DNA of 64,000 nt from Asterionella formosa (Eukaryota). The stretch is from assembly GCA_002256025.1 (NCBI GenBank), contig NKIB01009402.1:1-64000 (forward strand), read 5' to 3'. Shown piece after piece: positions 1 through 12,670 of this stretch. The translations under genes and the position numbers were made by a program. The notes under the pieces were generated by a model that saw only the letters and a list, made by a program, of their open reading frames with translations, was not told the origin of the DNA and did not search any database. Positions within the stretch are counted from its first letter, which is position 1; every line of letters starts with the position of its first letter.

Positions 1-714
1 GGCACGGAATCCCCTAAACGTAATGCGTTTGCGTTGGGTTTTTCACTCCCGTTAGCATCGTTTTTTAGGGTTACCGAAACCTAAACACTGTTTGGTTTTG
101 GTTTTGGTCCACCGTTAGCAACGGCCTAACATATGAATATATACATTTTTCTGATCCGATATTTATACGGTGTTAACTACGGGTACATAGGATCCAAGAT
201 ACAGTACCTGGTACTGTGAAGTTGTACCACTTCCTGGTACCTGGTATCTGGTACCTGTGAACCTGGAGTACTGGTACTGGTACTATCATATTTGACACCA
301 CCATGCCATTTCCCAAAAAGGTAAGATAGACCTACAAGTAGTGCCTGGTACCAGGTACCATTATTTATAGAAATATGTACCGGTAGTACGCATCACGACC
401 TCGATCTCCCAGCACATTTTATCTTAAATCCGTATTTACCTTGTCAACTAATAATATCGCTCAGCATCAAGTTATTGAGTACTACCGGTATTCATGTAAC
501 AAAGCAAACGAAGCCGAGATTCTTTCATTCCATCGCTCTCCCCATTTCTTTGCTGATTTCTACACCATACTTCACTACAAATCACGCCTACGGTTCAGCT
601 TTAAAACCAACCTGATTGTTCCATAGATATCACACTCGTTTTGTTCCGTGTGTGCTACATATTGTTGCAGCCTATCGCACCCGATACCTGGTACCTGGTA
701 CCTGGTAGTCTGCA

Positions 715-1779
715 ATGTTCACTACGAGCATGATCATTACATCACCACCACTGCCATTTTCAGCAGTATGGAGGCGCTCCTTTCAACTAGGACTGGCTAT
801 TGCATTTTGTTCTCGTTCCACATTTGTTTCCTCCTCCACATCACCCACGAACTATCCTTTGCTCCGAAACGGAGGTGGGTTGGGACCATCGCGACGTTGG
901 TCCGCCACACCTGTTGGCATTCGAACCACTCCAACAACAACAACAACACCTAGTACCGCTAATACATATCCTACCGTTCAAGATCTCGATAACGATACAA
1001 CGGCAAATACAAAGGAAGACACTAAAGATATGATTGATGCCTTTTTAACTAGAGATTCGCGAAACAAATTTATTTCTCGTGTTTACACCATTCTAAGTGG
1101 TCAACTACTTGTAACGGCTTTCAGTATACTGCTCTTTGGTACCATTCCTAATCTTGGACTATGGATGAGAGTTACGACGATCGGAAGGATGGTACCTCTT
1201 CTTTCCTTACTACTTTCCACTGCGGCATGGATTTTTGCATGTACCTCGGTACGAGCTCGACGAGAGGCTCCCATCAAATGGCAGCTCTTGACACTTTTTA
1301 CTGTGGGTGAAGCTGTTGCAGTGGGATTCATAACAAGTATGTACACCTTGTCATCTGTACTAACGGCCATGTCGGCCACTGCCGTAGCTACATTGTCCAT
1401 ATCGGCATATACGCTCTGGAATAATAATCCCACATACGATTTATCTCAGTGGGGAGCCGGATTGTCCAGTTGTGGGATGATTTTCTTAGTCTATGGAGTG
1501 ATCCATCTATTGGAATTGACCGGAGTCCTACCTCAAGGATTTCTGCCGTTCCGAGAAGGGTTGTATTCGTTCCTGGGCGCATGCTTGTTTTCTGCCTATT
1601 TGGCATATCATACCAAACTCATTGTGGCAGGGAAGCATTCCAAGTATCAAATGAATGAAAAGGACTATATTTTTGGTGCCATGTCCTTATACAACGACAT
1701 TATCAATATGTTCATTTACATTTTGAGAGTGATTGGAGAAGATCGAGATCGAGGAACCTTTCATTCCCATTCCCAATAA
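715..1779 (+). CDS. Bax inhibitor-1 / lifeguard (TMBIM) family membrane protein with N-terminal extension
   Basis: 354-aa ORF. RNKFISRVYTILSGQLLVT is followed by about 7 hydrophobic helices and C-terminal DYIFGAMSLYNDIINMFIYILRVIG, typical of BI-1/LFG proteins. Confidence 0.9.
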   Translation: MFTTSMIITSPPLPFSAVWRRSFQLGLAIAFCSRSTFVSSSTSPTNYPLLRNGGGLGPSRRWSATPVGIRTTPTTTTTPSTANTYPTVQDLDNDTTANTKEDTKDMIDAFLTRDSRNKFISRVYTILSGQLLVTAFSILLFGTIPNLGLWMRVTTIGRMVPLLSLLLSTAAWIFACTSVRARREAPIKWQLLTLFTVGEAVAVGFITSMYTLSSVLTAMSATAVATLSISAYTLWNNNPTYDLSQWGAGLSSCGMIFLVYGVIHLLELTGVLPQGFLPFREGLYSFLGACLFSAYLAYHTKLIVAGKHSKYQMNEKDYIFGAMSLYNDIINMFIYILRVIGEDRDRGTFHSHSQ

Positions 1780-2530
1780 AGTCACGACAAAAACTGTAGT
1801 CTTTAAGGTCATCAAAGGGAATACTTGGTTCACCGGATCGCACTAACAGGCATGGTTGTCACAACATAGTCATACCCTTGTTCGTTGCAAGGGGTTAAGG
1901 TAGTAGTTCAATTATTCCTGACATCCGTACAAAAGCCCGAATAAACAGAAGAGCACGATACTGTAATACTCTTTAAAGTAAAGAATGAATGAATTAAGAA
2001 CCAGTGGCCGATCCATAATAAAGAGTTATAGTCTAGATATATAGGATGTCATTGTTGACCGCGACAGTCAGAGACAACGTCATCATGAATCAAAAACTCG
2101 ATGAGTACAATGCTTTATTCGATTTTCTTTTCCTCCGACTGATCAATCGGTTTTTCGCCTTGCTCATCTTCGAACATCTTAATACCAAGATAGTAGCATA
2201 GGTATACCATCAAAGAAACAACCAGAATGAAATTGATAAGCTCCCAATCCAGTTTCATCGTAGCTGCTGCGTGCAATTTTTGCCGCCAACAAAGGAATGC
2301 AACTCAACTCTATAATTCAGGTTTCGTTTGAGGATACGAAACAGCAAGCAATAACCGTAATATTAGAAAGAAAAAATTAGATAAGGATTGTTTTACAAGT
2401 ATATATGAATAATACTAAAATATGATATACCCCCCGGTATTTACCGCGGTATTTATGATAGCTACAGTACGGTCGTGGGTTTTCCATTTTGCTTATAATA
2501 AAGCATTTTTACATATATATGTACATATAG

Positions 2531-2693
2531 GAAAAAGATATTTTGTCCGGTAGGGATCATTTTAGGGTTAGGGAGACGAAATATCGGAATACCGATACAT
2601 AGGAGGACAAAATATCTTTTTCTCAAAAGACGACCGCAAAAGAAGGAGCGAAACCCGGTTATAGGACTTTTTTCATTGGTGCGGCCGTCTTTT
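2531..2693. repeat. Two adjacent inverted-repeat pairs with a TTAGGG-type core; probable transposon end or MITE
   Basis: Perfect 18-bp IR GAAAAAGATATTTTGTCC (2531-2548) / GGACAAAATATCTTTTTC (2605-2622) encloses TTTAGGGTTAGGG. A second IR is AAAAGACGACCGCA (2625-2638) / TGCGGCCGTCTTTT (2680-2693). Related sequence occurs at about 13474-13620. Confidence 0.6.
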
Positions 2694-5600
2694 GCGAACT
2701 TCGCGTTCTTTTGCGCTTTTTTCGGAAAACGTGATACGAGGTCGATTTTAGATGAAACACAGTTTTTGTACGTGACTTTTCGTACTTCAGAGTTTCGGTC
2801 AACAACAGCACAAATCAAGGCGAGCAAAGACAGAGAAAAAGCAAAAGCTCTGATAATTCTCCAATTCTCCAGCTTACTACAACCCCCCCCCCTGATTTAA
2901 AATCATTCTGAATCAAATGGTGCATGTAATGTAAATGTTTTTAAGTATTCTAGAAAGTGTCAAACTTTACCTCGTCTTCTTGGCAACTTTTTCATAGAAT
3001 TGTGCTTGCCCCCTCCAGAGCGTTTGCTCTGGGCCCCCCATTTTCCCTGACCTAGCTAGTTAATTGACAACCACCAATAGGCATATGTTGGTGGTTTTGC
3101 ACTGAATGCAAAATGAGCTATTGAATCATCGATTGAGAAGGAAGCAATCATATTGTCTTTGTGAATTCAACAATCGATCATCCTGGCATGTGCCCTTGAT
3201 GTACCATAGCTAGTTTCCATTCACTTTTCCATTTTAGCTCTTTTGATCTTACTGTTGGCATCAATACATCCTGATACTTAAAAATAATTTTTGATCATTT
3301 ATTTTCTCATATCAAAGATATGATTTATCATATGCTCAATATGCATTTATCGAACAAATAGGATGTACTAGGCATGATCAAACTTTACAGATAATACTTT
3401 CTGGTCCTCGTCCTCCATTGCCTATAGATACCAATGTTAGGCTGTTTGCACGAGACCTTGTTTTGGCGTACCCTCCATCACCTGTAGATACCACCAATTT
3501 TAGTTTGATTGTACGAGCAAGTCTTATTGCTTACCCTCCATCATCTATAGATACCAATGTTAGCTTGTTTAAACAAGACCGTGTTAACAGTGTTCCAGAG
3601 TTAGTTGTTTCCATGTCAATGTTGTCATCGCATCATTGGTAGTAGTCAGGCAATGGCTTCCATATGAATGTTATCGTCACATCATCTCTTTTTTTTTCGG
3701 TTTTCATTTGTATTCTTGAGTTCATGAATCATCATGAGAACCAGTTTTTTGAGCTTCAAAGCGACAAAGAGCGGATGGAAAGAAGAGAGGTTGTCCGGGC
3801 CCTGCACAACTTTTACTTTGTTGCTGAGACTGATTCGACGGCTCCTTTATTTCAAAAGAAAAGTATATGTCTTTTATTTCCTGTACAAGAACGACGTTTC
3901 AAAGCGATTTTTAGGGGGTGCAAGGAGGCGCTGACAATGAGCAGGCAATGATGTGCATTGTCATGAATGAAGTCTCAAAACGAATTTATTCCATTTGTTC
4001 ATGAGGAAAAGGATGATACAAGTTTTACATGACAACATTTTCTAGAATCTTGGTATAATTGAAGCATCCTCCACATTGACGACCCTTGGACGATGGAATT
4101 GAAGGCTTGCAAACATTACACAAGATGTTGTTTGCAAGTCAACAATCACAAAACATAAGCCCCCACAAGTCATTTTGGAGCCAATTCAGATGCCATGAAA
4201 GCTTTCAAGCAATTCGGAATTGATGAGTATGAGTATGATTATGTGCATGAACATCTGTTTCTTACATTAGTTTCAAATTTGGGTTTCGAAATTGAAGGAT
4301 CTGCTGAGTGACGAAAGAATGCCCTGTTCTTAGAAAATTAATTGACAATAACACACATTTACCACAGATCAATCAAAACTTATTGAGTTACAAGGTTGAT
4401 TGCTTTAGTGGTCAAGAAAATTGGATTTAATCATAGTAATAACAATGCAATCTCTATGGTAGAATGCATATCATGTTGAAATTTTCGAGAACTGGAACTG
4501 CAATCATATGATGCGTCAATTCAAAGAAAAAATTGATGTTCTGAATAATGCATACAACTTATAAGTTTGTTAACCTATTCGATAGGTCATCAGGGCATTC
4601 CAATCAGCAACACCTGATGGATTGAATTCGCTCACTATTAATGAATAGAAGCAAGCTGTGGTGACAAGAATTCCATTATGATCCTTGAACAAGCAAGGAC
4701 CTTGATTTCTCAGAATCTATGACCCAAAACCGGCTGGGACAAACACAAATTTTTATTTTCCAGCCTGTTTAAATTGTTCCATTCTGGATGATTCCTGGTG
4801 AGCGACATTCATGCCGACATGATATCCATAGAAGGAAGTGCAACAAAAACACACCTCGAACTCGGTCGAAATCGATTGCTGAACTTCCTTCAAGAGAAAC
4901 ACCAAAGGTAGAAAAAAATGCGAGCTTCAGAATATTTATTCTTAGTATGAAATTGAAACTAGCTACAAGACAAGGAATATAGTAGCTAGCTAAGTCAAGA
5001 AGGAAAGCTGGGAAGACAAGGCGAAGGGGTTAATGCAAGCAAATCTTGTGAGGGAGAGTGTTGATTGATGGCAAGACCTTAGCCAGTACCTTACTTTACC
5101 ACTTTAACTGAACGGCAAGATGCACATTCAATCGTTGTCCCTTTACATTCCTCTTCTTTCTTGTGGAAGGAGCGAATACAATCATGATATGAGGAATGGG
5201 TTGATTTGAATGATAAGTTGCACCTTGGAAGTCGAAATATCCTTCAAGAAAGTCAGACATTGGCAATTTGCGAAAGTTTCAAGCAACACAACAATCAACA
5301 GATCAGCAGGGACAAGGAAAGCAACAAACGCATCATTGTATCTACAGATGTAGCCATGATGGAGGAATGGGAAACGCAATTCTCAGATGGATTGATTGGA
5401 GATCTACTTTTTATTCGCCAATTGCCTGCAAATTATCTAGCAAATGGGCGTTTTATCCATCAGATCGTCTAAGTACTCGCGCGGCGCCGCGGGTGGAGGG
5501 GGNNNNNNNNNNCCCCCCCCCAAATAATAGTTGCTAATCATTAATTCCTATTGCTATCATTTACCCTGCTTAAGAGCTAGGTCACTCACACTACCAAAAG

Positions 5601-5980
5601 CACCACCCATTGTCAATCAATTGTTGATTTAGCATTGCTAGTGGTTTTGTCATGGTTGATTGTGCTCGAGGGGTAATATTTCCAAAAAAAGCAAGGAGTA
5701 TGATAAAGTACTATATGCATTTGTTGAGAGACTCCACTAAAAGTTCGGTGAAACTCGAAGAAGAAGTTTTATCTATACGAAAACGGACCAAAACAACCCG
5801 GAAAAAAAAACATTTGACTACGGCAAAGGTTGCATTTGAATATCGGTAAGCGATTCATCCAAAACGTGTTGAGATGATGTCGAATCCAAAAGATCAACAA
5901 CCAGCTGTGCAATAAGTACAGGGTGAGCCTACGAGGAATTAATTGCTTGAAACAAATACCATGGTTGGTGCTCGTTTTAA
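2694..5980. mobile_element. Decayed repeat/TE-like region with fragmented ORFs and an assembly gap
   Basis: No intact long ORF over 3.3 kb, many stop-interrupted protein-like fragments, an IR-rich left flank and an N gap at 5503-5512 flanked by G and C runs. The family could not be identified by eye. Confidence 0.4.
3412..3585 (+). repeat. Three degenerate 60-63 bp tandem repeats
   Basis: Units start with cctcca..ctatagatacca at 3412, 3472 and 3535. The spacings are multiples of 3 and translate as PPxPIDTNxxLFxR. Confidence 0.8.
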
Positions 5981-6372
5981 CCCCATTTTTTAAAAAACCT
6001 TGTGAACATCCTGGTTCAAAGTCGGCTCTATGGTGTCATTTCAAAGCACCTGCTGAAGAATAATTTACCGGTACCTGGTACCACATACTGCATATAATGA
6101 TGGAATATATTCAGTTACGACTACCAGTACCGGTAGAGGCTAAATGTAAGGTCATTCCCATCAAACAATATTTTACTGGGTGTCGTATCTTTGCACCTAA
6201 CCTGATTCTATGGCATGGCTGTACCGGTAGAACTCCTTGATTGAAATTCCTCGTAAAAATCGCACCTCACGGTGACACATGATATGACAACCAAAACGAA
6301 ACAGGATAAAATAATAAGCATAACATATAATCCCTCGTGCTTCACTTTTGCACACCTCCTGAATAATCCATC

Positions 6373-6756
6373 ATGTCTACTGTTCCGTACGAAGTCAGCA
6401 TTGCTGAGGAATCTACCTCCATCTCTTCTGAAAAGAAGAAGAAGTCCAAGAAAGAAAAGAAGGACAAGAAAGAAAAGAAAGAGAAAAAGGAAAAAAAATC
6501 AGGTGTCCGTACCAAGTTTCTCTTGGAGTCATTGCGCCAGGACTACTACTCCTTGCAAGACGAGAACAATACTCTTCGGGAGATTATTCGCACCAAGCTT
6601 CCCATCGTGGCGGACGTTATCCTTGCCGAGTGCTGTCCACCAAGGATGAAGGTTTCTTCGATTGATGAACTTGGCGCAATGATGCCTGCTATGACCATTG
6701 AGGAGGGCGAAGAAGAAGAGGACGAAGATGACGAGGACGACGAAGACGACGAGTAA
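6373..6756 (+). CDS. Small protein: Lys/Glu tract, aureochrome/bZIP-type leucine zipper, acidic tail
   Basis: 127-aa ORF. VRTKFLLESLRQDYYSLQDENNTLREIIRTKLP resembles the zipper of stramenopile aureochrome/bZIP factors. Confidence 0.75.
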   Translation: MSTVPYEVSIAEESTSISSEKKKKSKKEKKDKKEKKEKKEKKSGVRTKFLLESLRQDYYSLQDENNTLREIIRTKLPIVADVILAECCPPRMKVSSIDELGAMMPAMTIEEGEEEEDEDDEDDEDDE

Positions 6757-7382
6757 ATCCAGTAAAACCATATCAGTCATCCGAGCCAAGTTGGGTGAAA
6801 TGGATAATTGATCTATAGAACCTTTTATTTGAACTGCCACTGTAGGCGTGTAATATTTGAAGTAAGGATCTCTGAAATTGACTTCAAGGTCTTTTATTGT
6901 TACTACTCCTCTCCAAAGATTTTTCATAGATTCCCTTTCTTGTCATTTCTGGAATCAATATGGAAACATTTCTTTCCCACACATATCATCACTTTGAGGC
7001 GAACAAGGCATAGACATCACTGTCGTCCAAATGAGTCAAGTACATGCTGATTCGGTCATTTCAGTAGTTGTGTTAAGTATTGTACCACAACAAAGATTAC
7101 TGGCACTATCGTGTATACATAAGAATAACTTTCAATGCTCCAACGAAAAGTGCATTTACAAACCGAGATAGGAAATTGTCCATATATGACAGTTGGTTGT
7201 TACTGAACAAAATTGTGTATCAACACGTTAATGCAAACTCTAGAAGTCTACAAGTTGCACCGATTCCACATTTTCAAGATATTCTGCCAAAAAAGAAAAC
7301 TGTAGACAGCAAACGTCGAAACATGGCATGATTTGGATCAACTCTTTCCAGAGCTATCTTCCAAGTATAATATATTCTTTGA

Positions 7383-9191
7383 TTATTTCTTGGATGCAAT
7401 GTACATGACATAGATCAAGTCACCGTCTTCATGTGCCTTTCGTCGCTTTTCATTCTTCTTCTGAATCATTATCCCTTGCCGCCATAGTCTAATCAGACGT
7501 TTCGTGGCGGGATACTTATGTCCAACTCGAAACTCAAGCCATCGTAACCCGTTGGCAAACCACTTAGTACGATCGAATCTCCATTTGCTCCACCACGACG
7601 CGGGAATGAAAAAGTCATCCACCAATTGAGGCATACTGTATTCTAATCCAAGATCACGAGTCACTTGAACAGTTAATCCGTAGGTTGTCAAAATGCCAAC
7701 CAACTCTGAATGTGTCAAATGGTCCTTCGTGTACCACGAACGTCGTGGTGATTGCCGTTCATGTTCTACTTCAATTCCACCGGCAGTATCATTTACCTGC
7801 AGTCGCGGAGAATGGATCACATCAGTCACAATAATTACAATCCCATTCATGACCAAGTGTTCAGTCAATTTTTTGAATTTTTCATTTGGAACTTGCAAAA
7901 TGTGCTCGACACAAAGAATGACATCGAATTTTTGTTGTTCAGGTAATTCCAATTGCGCCAAATCACGTTGAAAGAATGCTCGTCCGTCCAATTGGACGTC
8001 GTGTCGTTCCAGCAAATCCAAGGCTGTCTTAGTTTCGACTGGTGAAAAGGTAATACCTTCATAATCCAACCCATAATTATCAAACTTTCCGGGTAACATG
8101 GCGTAAAAGAAGGATCCCACCCCACAACCAACATCAAGAATACGAAATACATTCCCACTCACTCTCGCTGATAGAATTACTTGTCGAATCATCTGCATAA
8201 GTATCGAGTCTCCCAACCATTGCAACTCATGTGGATGATTTTTGTTTGATTGTATCTTATTTCGTTTACTCTTTCTTCGTGAATTGGTAGTCAGGACAGT
8301 GTGTGCAGCATAAGGGGCATGGCCCCATGGATCCATCTCTTGATGGCGACTTTTAATCTTGGCCATGTGCGTCATGATTTGTTGTCGACTTTCACGAGGG
8401 CATCGATTTATAGTACAAGACATGGATGGTGGTGTTTTTGCAAGATAATCTTTTAATAAAAACCAAGTCATGGCTTCACTGGTTTCACAGATGCGTTTAG
8501 AATTCAATGACGGCATTTCGTTGCACGGTACGAAATTTTTTCCATACTCCTGTTGATTCTCAATTCCAACAAATCCCAACACTTGAATGGTATGAATGAT
8601 GGAACGCAGAGATTGTATGACTGTTCCAGTGGCTGTTGCTCCCACAGCAAGAAGCAAACAGCACATTTGAAATCGAAAGTTTGATGCTCGACTAGTGATT
8701 CTCTGAAGTGCTTGCTTTCTCATTGTCATGGTAAAGAGTAGCAATTCTGATGGAGATGGCAGTGGATGATTATTTTTCGTTTGGTCTTGTCGTTGTTGCG
8801 CCATAATCAAACCTGACAAAAGGAGTGGTGTAATGGCTCGCCTCAACCTTTTTTCCGATTTCTTGTGATTGTTGCTTTGGCAGTCCTTTAGATATTCCAT
8901 TGCTTTTTGGAAAAGAAAGCCACTTGTTTTTAATAGGGACGATGTTTCCAATGGTTCCAAAAGCAATTTCTTATTCCCTGTTGCTTCTTCTAATCTTACA
9001 GCAAGGGCGATGACATGGTATGGATCTGGATCATCCCAATCAATGTTGTTGATGGTGTTGATATTGGCTGAGAGTGGAGTAGCAGTGCGACGGTTCTTAG
9101 TAACAGTAGGTTCAGCTGTACGTCTACTACTCAATTTACTAGTTCTAGCACTACGGGAAGGATCAAGAGGAGGACTGGTGGTGGTGGACAT
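7383..9191 (-). CDS. Class I SAM-dependent methyltransferase with long N-terminal, partly hydrophobic extension
   Basis: 602-aa ORF with motif I RILDVGCGVGS, YEGITFSP and FDVILCVEH. Confidence 0.8.
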   Translation of the reverse strand: MSTTTSPPLDPSRSARTSKLSSRRTAEPTVTKNRRTATPLSANINTINNIDWDDPDPYHVIALAVRLEEATGNKKLLLEPLETSSLLKTSGFLFQKAMEYLKDCQSNNHKKSEKRLRRAITPLLLSGLIMAQQRQDQTKNNHPLPSPSELLLFTMTMRKQALQRITSRASNFRFQMCCLLLAVGATATGTVIQSLRSIIHTIQVLGFVGIENQQEYGKNFVPCNEMPSLNSKRICETSEAMTWFLLKDYLAKTPPSMSCTINRCPRESRQQIMTHMAKIKSRHQEMDPWGHAPYAAHTVLTTNSRRKSKRNKIQSNKNHPHELQWLGDSILMQMIRQVILSARVSGNVFRILDVGCGVGSFFYAMLPGKFDNYGLDYEGITFSPVETKTALDLLERHDVQLDGRAFFQRDLAQLELPEQQKFDVILCVEHILQVPNEKFKKLTEHLVMNGIVIIVTDVIHSPRLQVNDTAGGIEVEHERQSPRRSWYTKDHLTHSELVGILTTYGLTVQVTRDLGLEYSMPQLVDDFFIPASWWSKWRFDRTKWFANGLRWLEFRVGHKYPATKRLIRLWRQGIMIQKKNEKRRKAHEDGDLIYVMYIASKK

Positions 9192-9653
9192 TATATATCA
9201 TGGTGTGTATGGTTGTTGTGAATTCCTGAATGATGCTGGTGTGATGAGATAGCTATTTGGTTGTCTGCCTTGCTGATCTCAACAAAACAATCACACAATG
9301 AAGATGTACAGTATCTTAATAATAGGAATTGGCATTGATTTATACATACACATGCATAAACACAATCCAATATACCGGTATTGGTATGTACATACCGGTA
9401 TACCTGGTTCAAAATTACCGGTAGTATGATACCAGCAATAGACCATGATCATTCCAGCAACGGTACCAGGTACCGGTACAGAAATTGGAAAGCCAGCAGC
9501 ATACGATTTGTGTATCATCGTATAAAGAGAATGCCTCATTCTCGTCCAAAATCTTGACGCAGCACGCACCACACTGCATCGCTATAAATGACTCCACACC
9601 TTGTCATTGTCATTGATGAGAGTTGTTGTTGTTATTATTAGGAAGTATTACAT

Positions 9654-12576
9654 ATGATGTGGGGTGATCCAGAGGTGAGTGTATGTGTTTTGCAGGAGAA
9701 AGCAGTAAAGGTAAAACTAGTAGACTATAATCCATTATCACACAATGGAAGCCAACATGTCATGGAACATTCCTTTTCTCACGAATCGTCGGTTTGCTTA
9801 CTAATTCTAGACAGCCGCCAGCCTTACTCCTGCCAATGGTAACAGTGATTCCTTATCACTGCTTTTGCTCCAAGTGACAGGACCTGCTCATATACCATGG
9901 AACGATCCACGATGGCAAGAATTATTGCTTGCCTACGATGTTTGGGTCCATGTGGATCATAATCGATTGATGAACGATGATTTGATTACCATGGCTTGTA
10001 CGAGTATGGCCAAACATGCCATCATGTCATCCAACCTGGCATCGTTGGCATGGCATGTTGCTAGAATGACCAAGGAATGGGCCATGGCACTACTACCAGT
10101 GGTCGAAAATGATATTGATGATGAAACAGCCACTGCTGCAACAGCAATGACACGAGGTAATTATTATGCAAACAACAACAGCTACAACAACGACAACAAT
10201 TCAACAACAACTTCTTCATTATTTACGAATCAGATTGCTCTTGTAGGAAAAGCAAGAGCAACGGCAGGTGCCATGCATCTGTTAAGGATATTCATACACG
10301 ACATTGACCCTACAACATTGGGAGACGTCTTGGTATATACCAGTCGGGATGTGTCAGACAAGGACCATTTCAAGCAATCTGGACAGGAATTGATTGGAGC
10401 GCTACTGACGTTACTATCCATTATAGGCCCAATGACAGAGCCATTGGAACGAGTACCAGAGATTTATGATGCAACAGTTAATTGCTTGGAATTATTGATT
10501 GTCCTTTTGTCCACACAGCTCTATCAACCAATGCTGTCGAGTACACAAAAAAGGAAGCAAAAAAGGAAGAACGTTGATGATATTCAAAGGAATCAAAATT
10601 ATGTTTTAGATTACATTATGGAGCAAGCTCAACAAAAGCGACATCATAACCCAAACTCACATCATCATCACAATCATGTCCTTACATGGACACCACAATC
10701 CATTTTACAAACATGTTTGCTATGGATTAACCAACGACCCAAGGCTCCTGAAAGATCCATTTCCTTTCATATGGCATATTTGGCAGAATCAGTTGTCGAA
10801 GCCAAGGGAACCAAAAAAGGACCAGATGGTATGTACGAAACACACATGTTGGTACTTGCCGAAAAGCCATTCCATAAAAACAATAATGCTCCACACGAAC
10901 AATCCGCCATGCTCTCATCACCACGCCAACGGTCCTCATCCGTACTCCTTGATGCTACTCGAGGTGTCTTGGTATTGTCATCAAGTATATTATTATTACC
11001 ATTTAGATTGATGAACTTGGCATTGGGATTGTTGGGGAGAAGAAAAGGACCAAATTATGATACGACAAGGAAAGAACATTTTGCTGTTGCCAGACCATCT
11101 GGACGGACCAATGATGTGTTGTGGTTGACGAAATCACCCGTGGCGGATTTAACAAGCGCGCTTTTGTTGTTGCTGATTAACAATTATCGAGTTCACGCCG
11201 CAGTCGGGAAGAATGCTAATACTGGGGTGGTCAACCCATTTCGGGCAGAATTGGCCTCCTTAAATGACAATCGATGGGATGAACCAAGTGACCCATTGGC
11301 CACGGAGAATCATCAACATCACACTACCGAAGTCACCTCACTGAATAGCTGTAGAACCCCTACGTCCAAACAACTCTTGACGACGAACTTTGAAGACCTC
11401 TTTGTTTCGTTTGGGTCCATCGTCCATACTGAAGTTGGTGCTCTACTTCTCTACTCGTTGTTCCAATCTTCCCCAATTTTCGCCGCATCTGTGGCAGTTC
11501 GATCTGATTTGGACACGTTGGTATTGCCATTGTTAAGAACACTTTACTTTGCATCCTCTCCGAAGTACTATTCCGGCAGTATGCAGGCAGGGCGCATCAC
11601 CCAAGACGGATCTACTGTTTCGATTAGAAATTGTCCTTTTCGAAGTTCGTCTCAACTGTATGTTATAATGATTCTGCTACTGTTATTCTCTCAAGACGCA
11701 TCCTTTGGTCCCGACGCCTTTCGTCGCGTTACTGTTGCGACAGTACCTTGGCATAAGGAGAGGATGCTGAAAAACGTTTCCTTGGGGTCACTGATTTTGT
11801 TGACTCTCTTACGAGCAATCGTGTTTAATCTGAATCGATTGCAAGATGGGTTCCTATTGAGCAATTGTTGTGCGGTATTGATGAACCTTTCTCCTCATGT
11901 AGTGCAGCTGAATGACTATGCTGCCATGAGACTGGCTTCTGTTACTGCATCATTCGTGAAGAAGTATGCTGCCATGGTGACCAAGAATGGTGGTAAAAAG
12001 GAACCACAAGACGATCTTTCATCGCTCATGGGCATGTACGGTGAAGTTTCACGGACTTTGCTTCGTTTGATTCAACATTGCACGTCACCACGCAATATTG
12101 ACAAGAATTCAAATCTGGTATATGCACTAGTATATCATCAGACGGACTTCAAAGTTGCATTTTCAAAAAAGGACGTTACATTTGATAAAAAAGAAACCTT
12201 GCGGGTACAGATGGTAATCGAAATGGCTGACAAGTTAATTCAGGATAATGGAGAAGCTCGGACAGCACCTAAAGCTCTCAAGGTACTGCGTGAGTCCATG
12301 GAAGCTCTAAAAGAAGCCGCCAAGGGTAGCCTTGAAAAGGAAGAAAGTGACTTTACCTTTAGCTATGAAGAAGAAGCTGATCCAGAAATTTTCTTTGTGC
12401 CTTATATTTGGGAGGTAATCGTTTGTGTCCTTACTTCCAGCACTATCGATTGGGATTCCAGTCGGATTAAAGTGTTTCCGTTGTTAGAAGAGGAGATCAT
12501 CGCTGGGACTGTTGATGATGACGTGACAACTGCATCGGCATTGTTGTATTCAGGGGACGTTGACGACGTTGTGTAA
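9654..12576 (+). CDS. DYM: Dymeclin (Dyggve-Melchior-Clausen syndrome protein family)
   Basis: Exon 1 is 9654-9674 (MMWGDPE), followed by a GTGAGT...CTAG intron at 9675-9810. Exon 2 (9811-12576) is in frame with the 903-aa ORF. Dymeclin-like motifs: RSDLDTLVLPLL, LYVIMILLLLFSQD, NCCAVLMNLS, NLVYALVY, FSYEEEADPEIFFVPYIW. Confidence 0.9.
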
Positions 12577-12670
12577 CGCAAAAGTCTCCACACAAGGAGG
12601 TTGCCTCTCGCCGAAACGCTAGCGCAAACAATCTAACCACACGAGTCGATATAATATGGCTTATATAATT

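Noticed and set aside
1..130. Repeat-like sequence at the window start (ccgttagca twice, gttttg runs)
   Set aside because: It may be truncated by the window edge, and there is too little sequence to classify.
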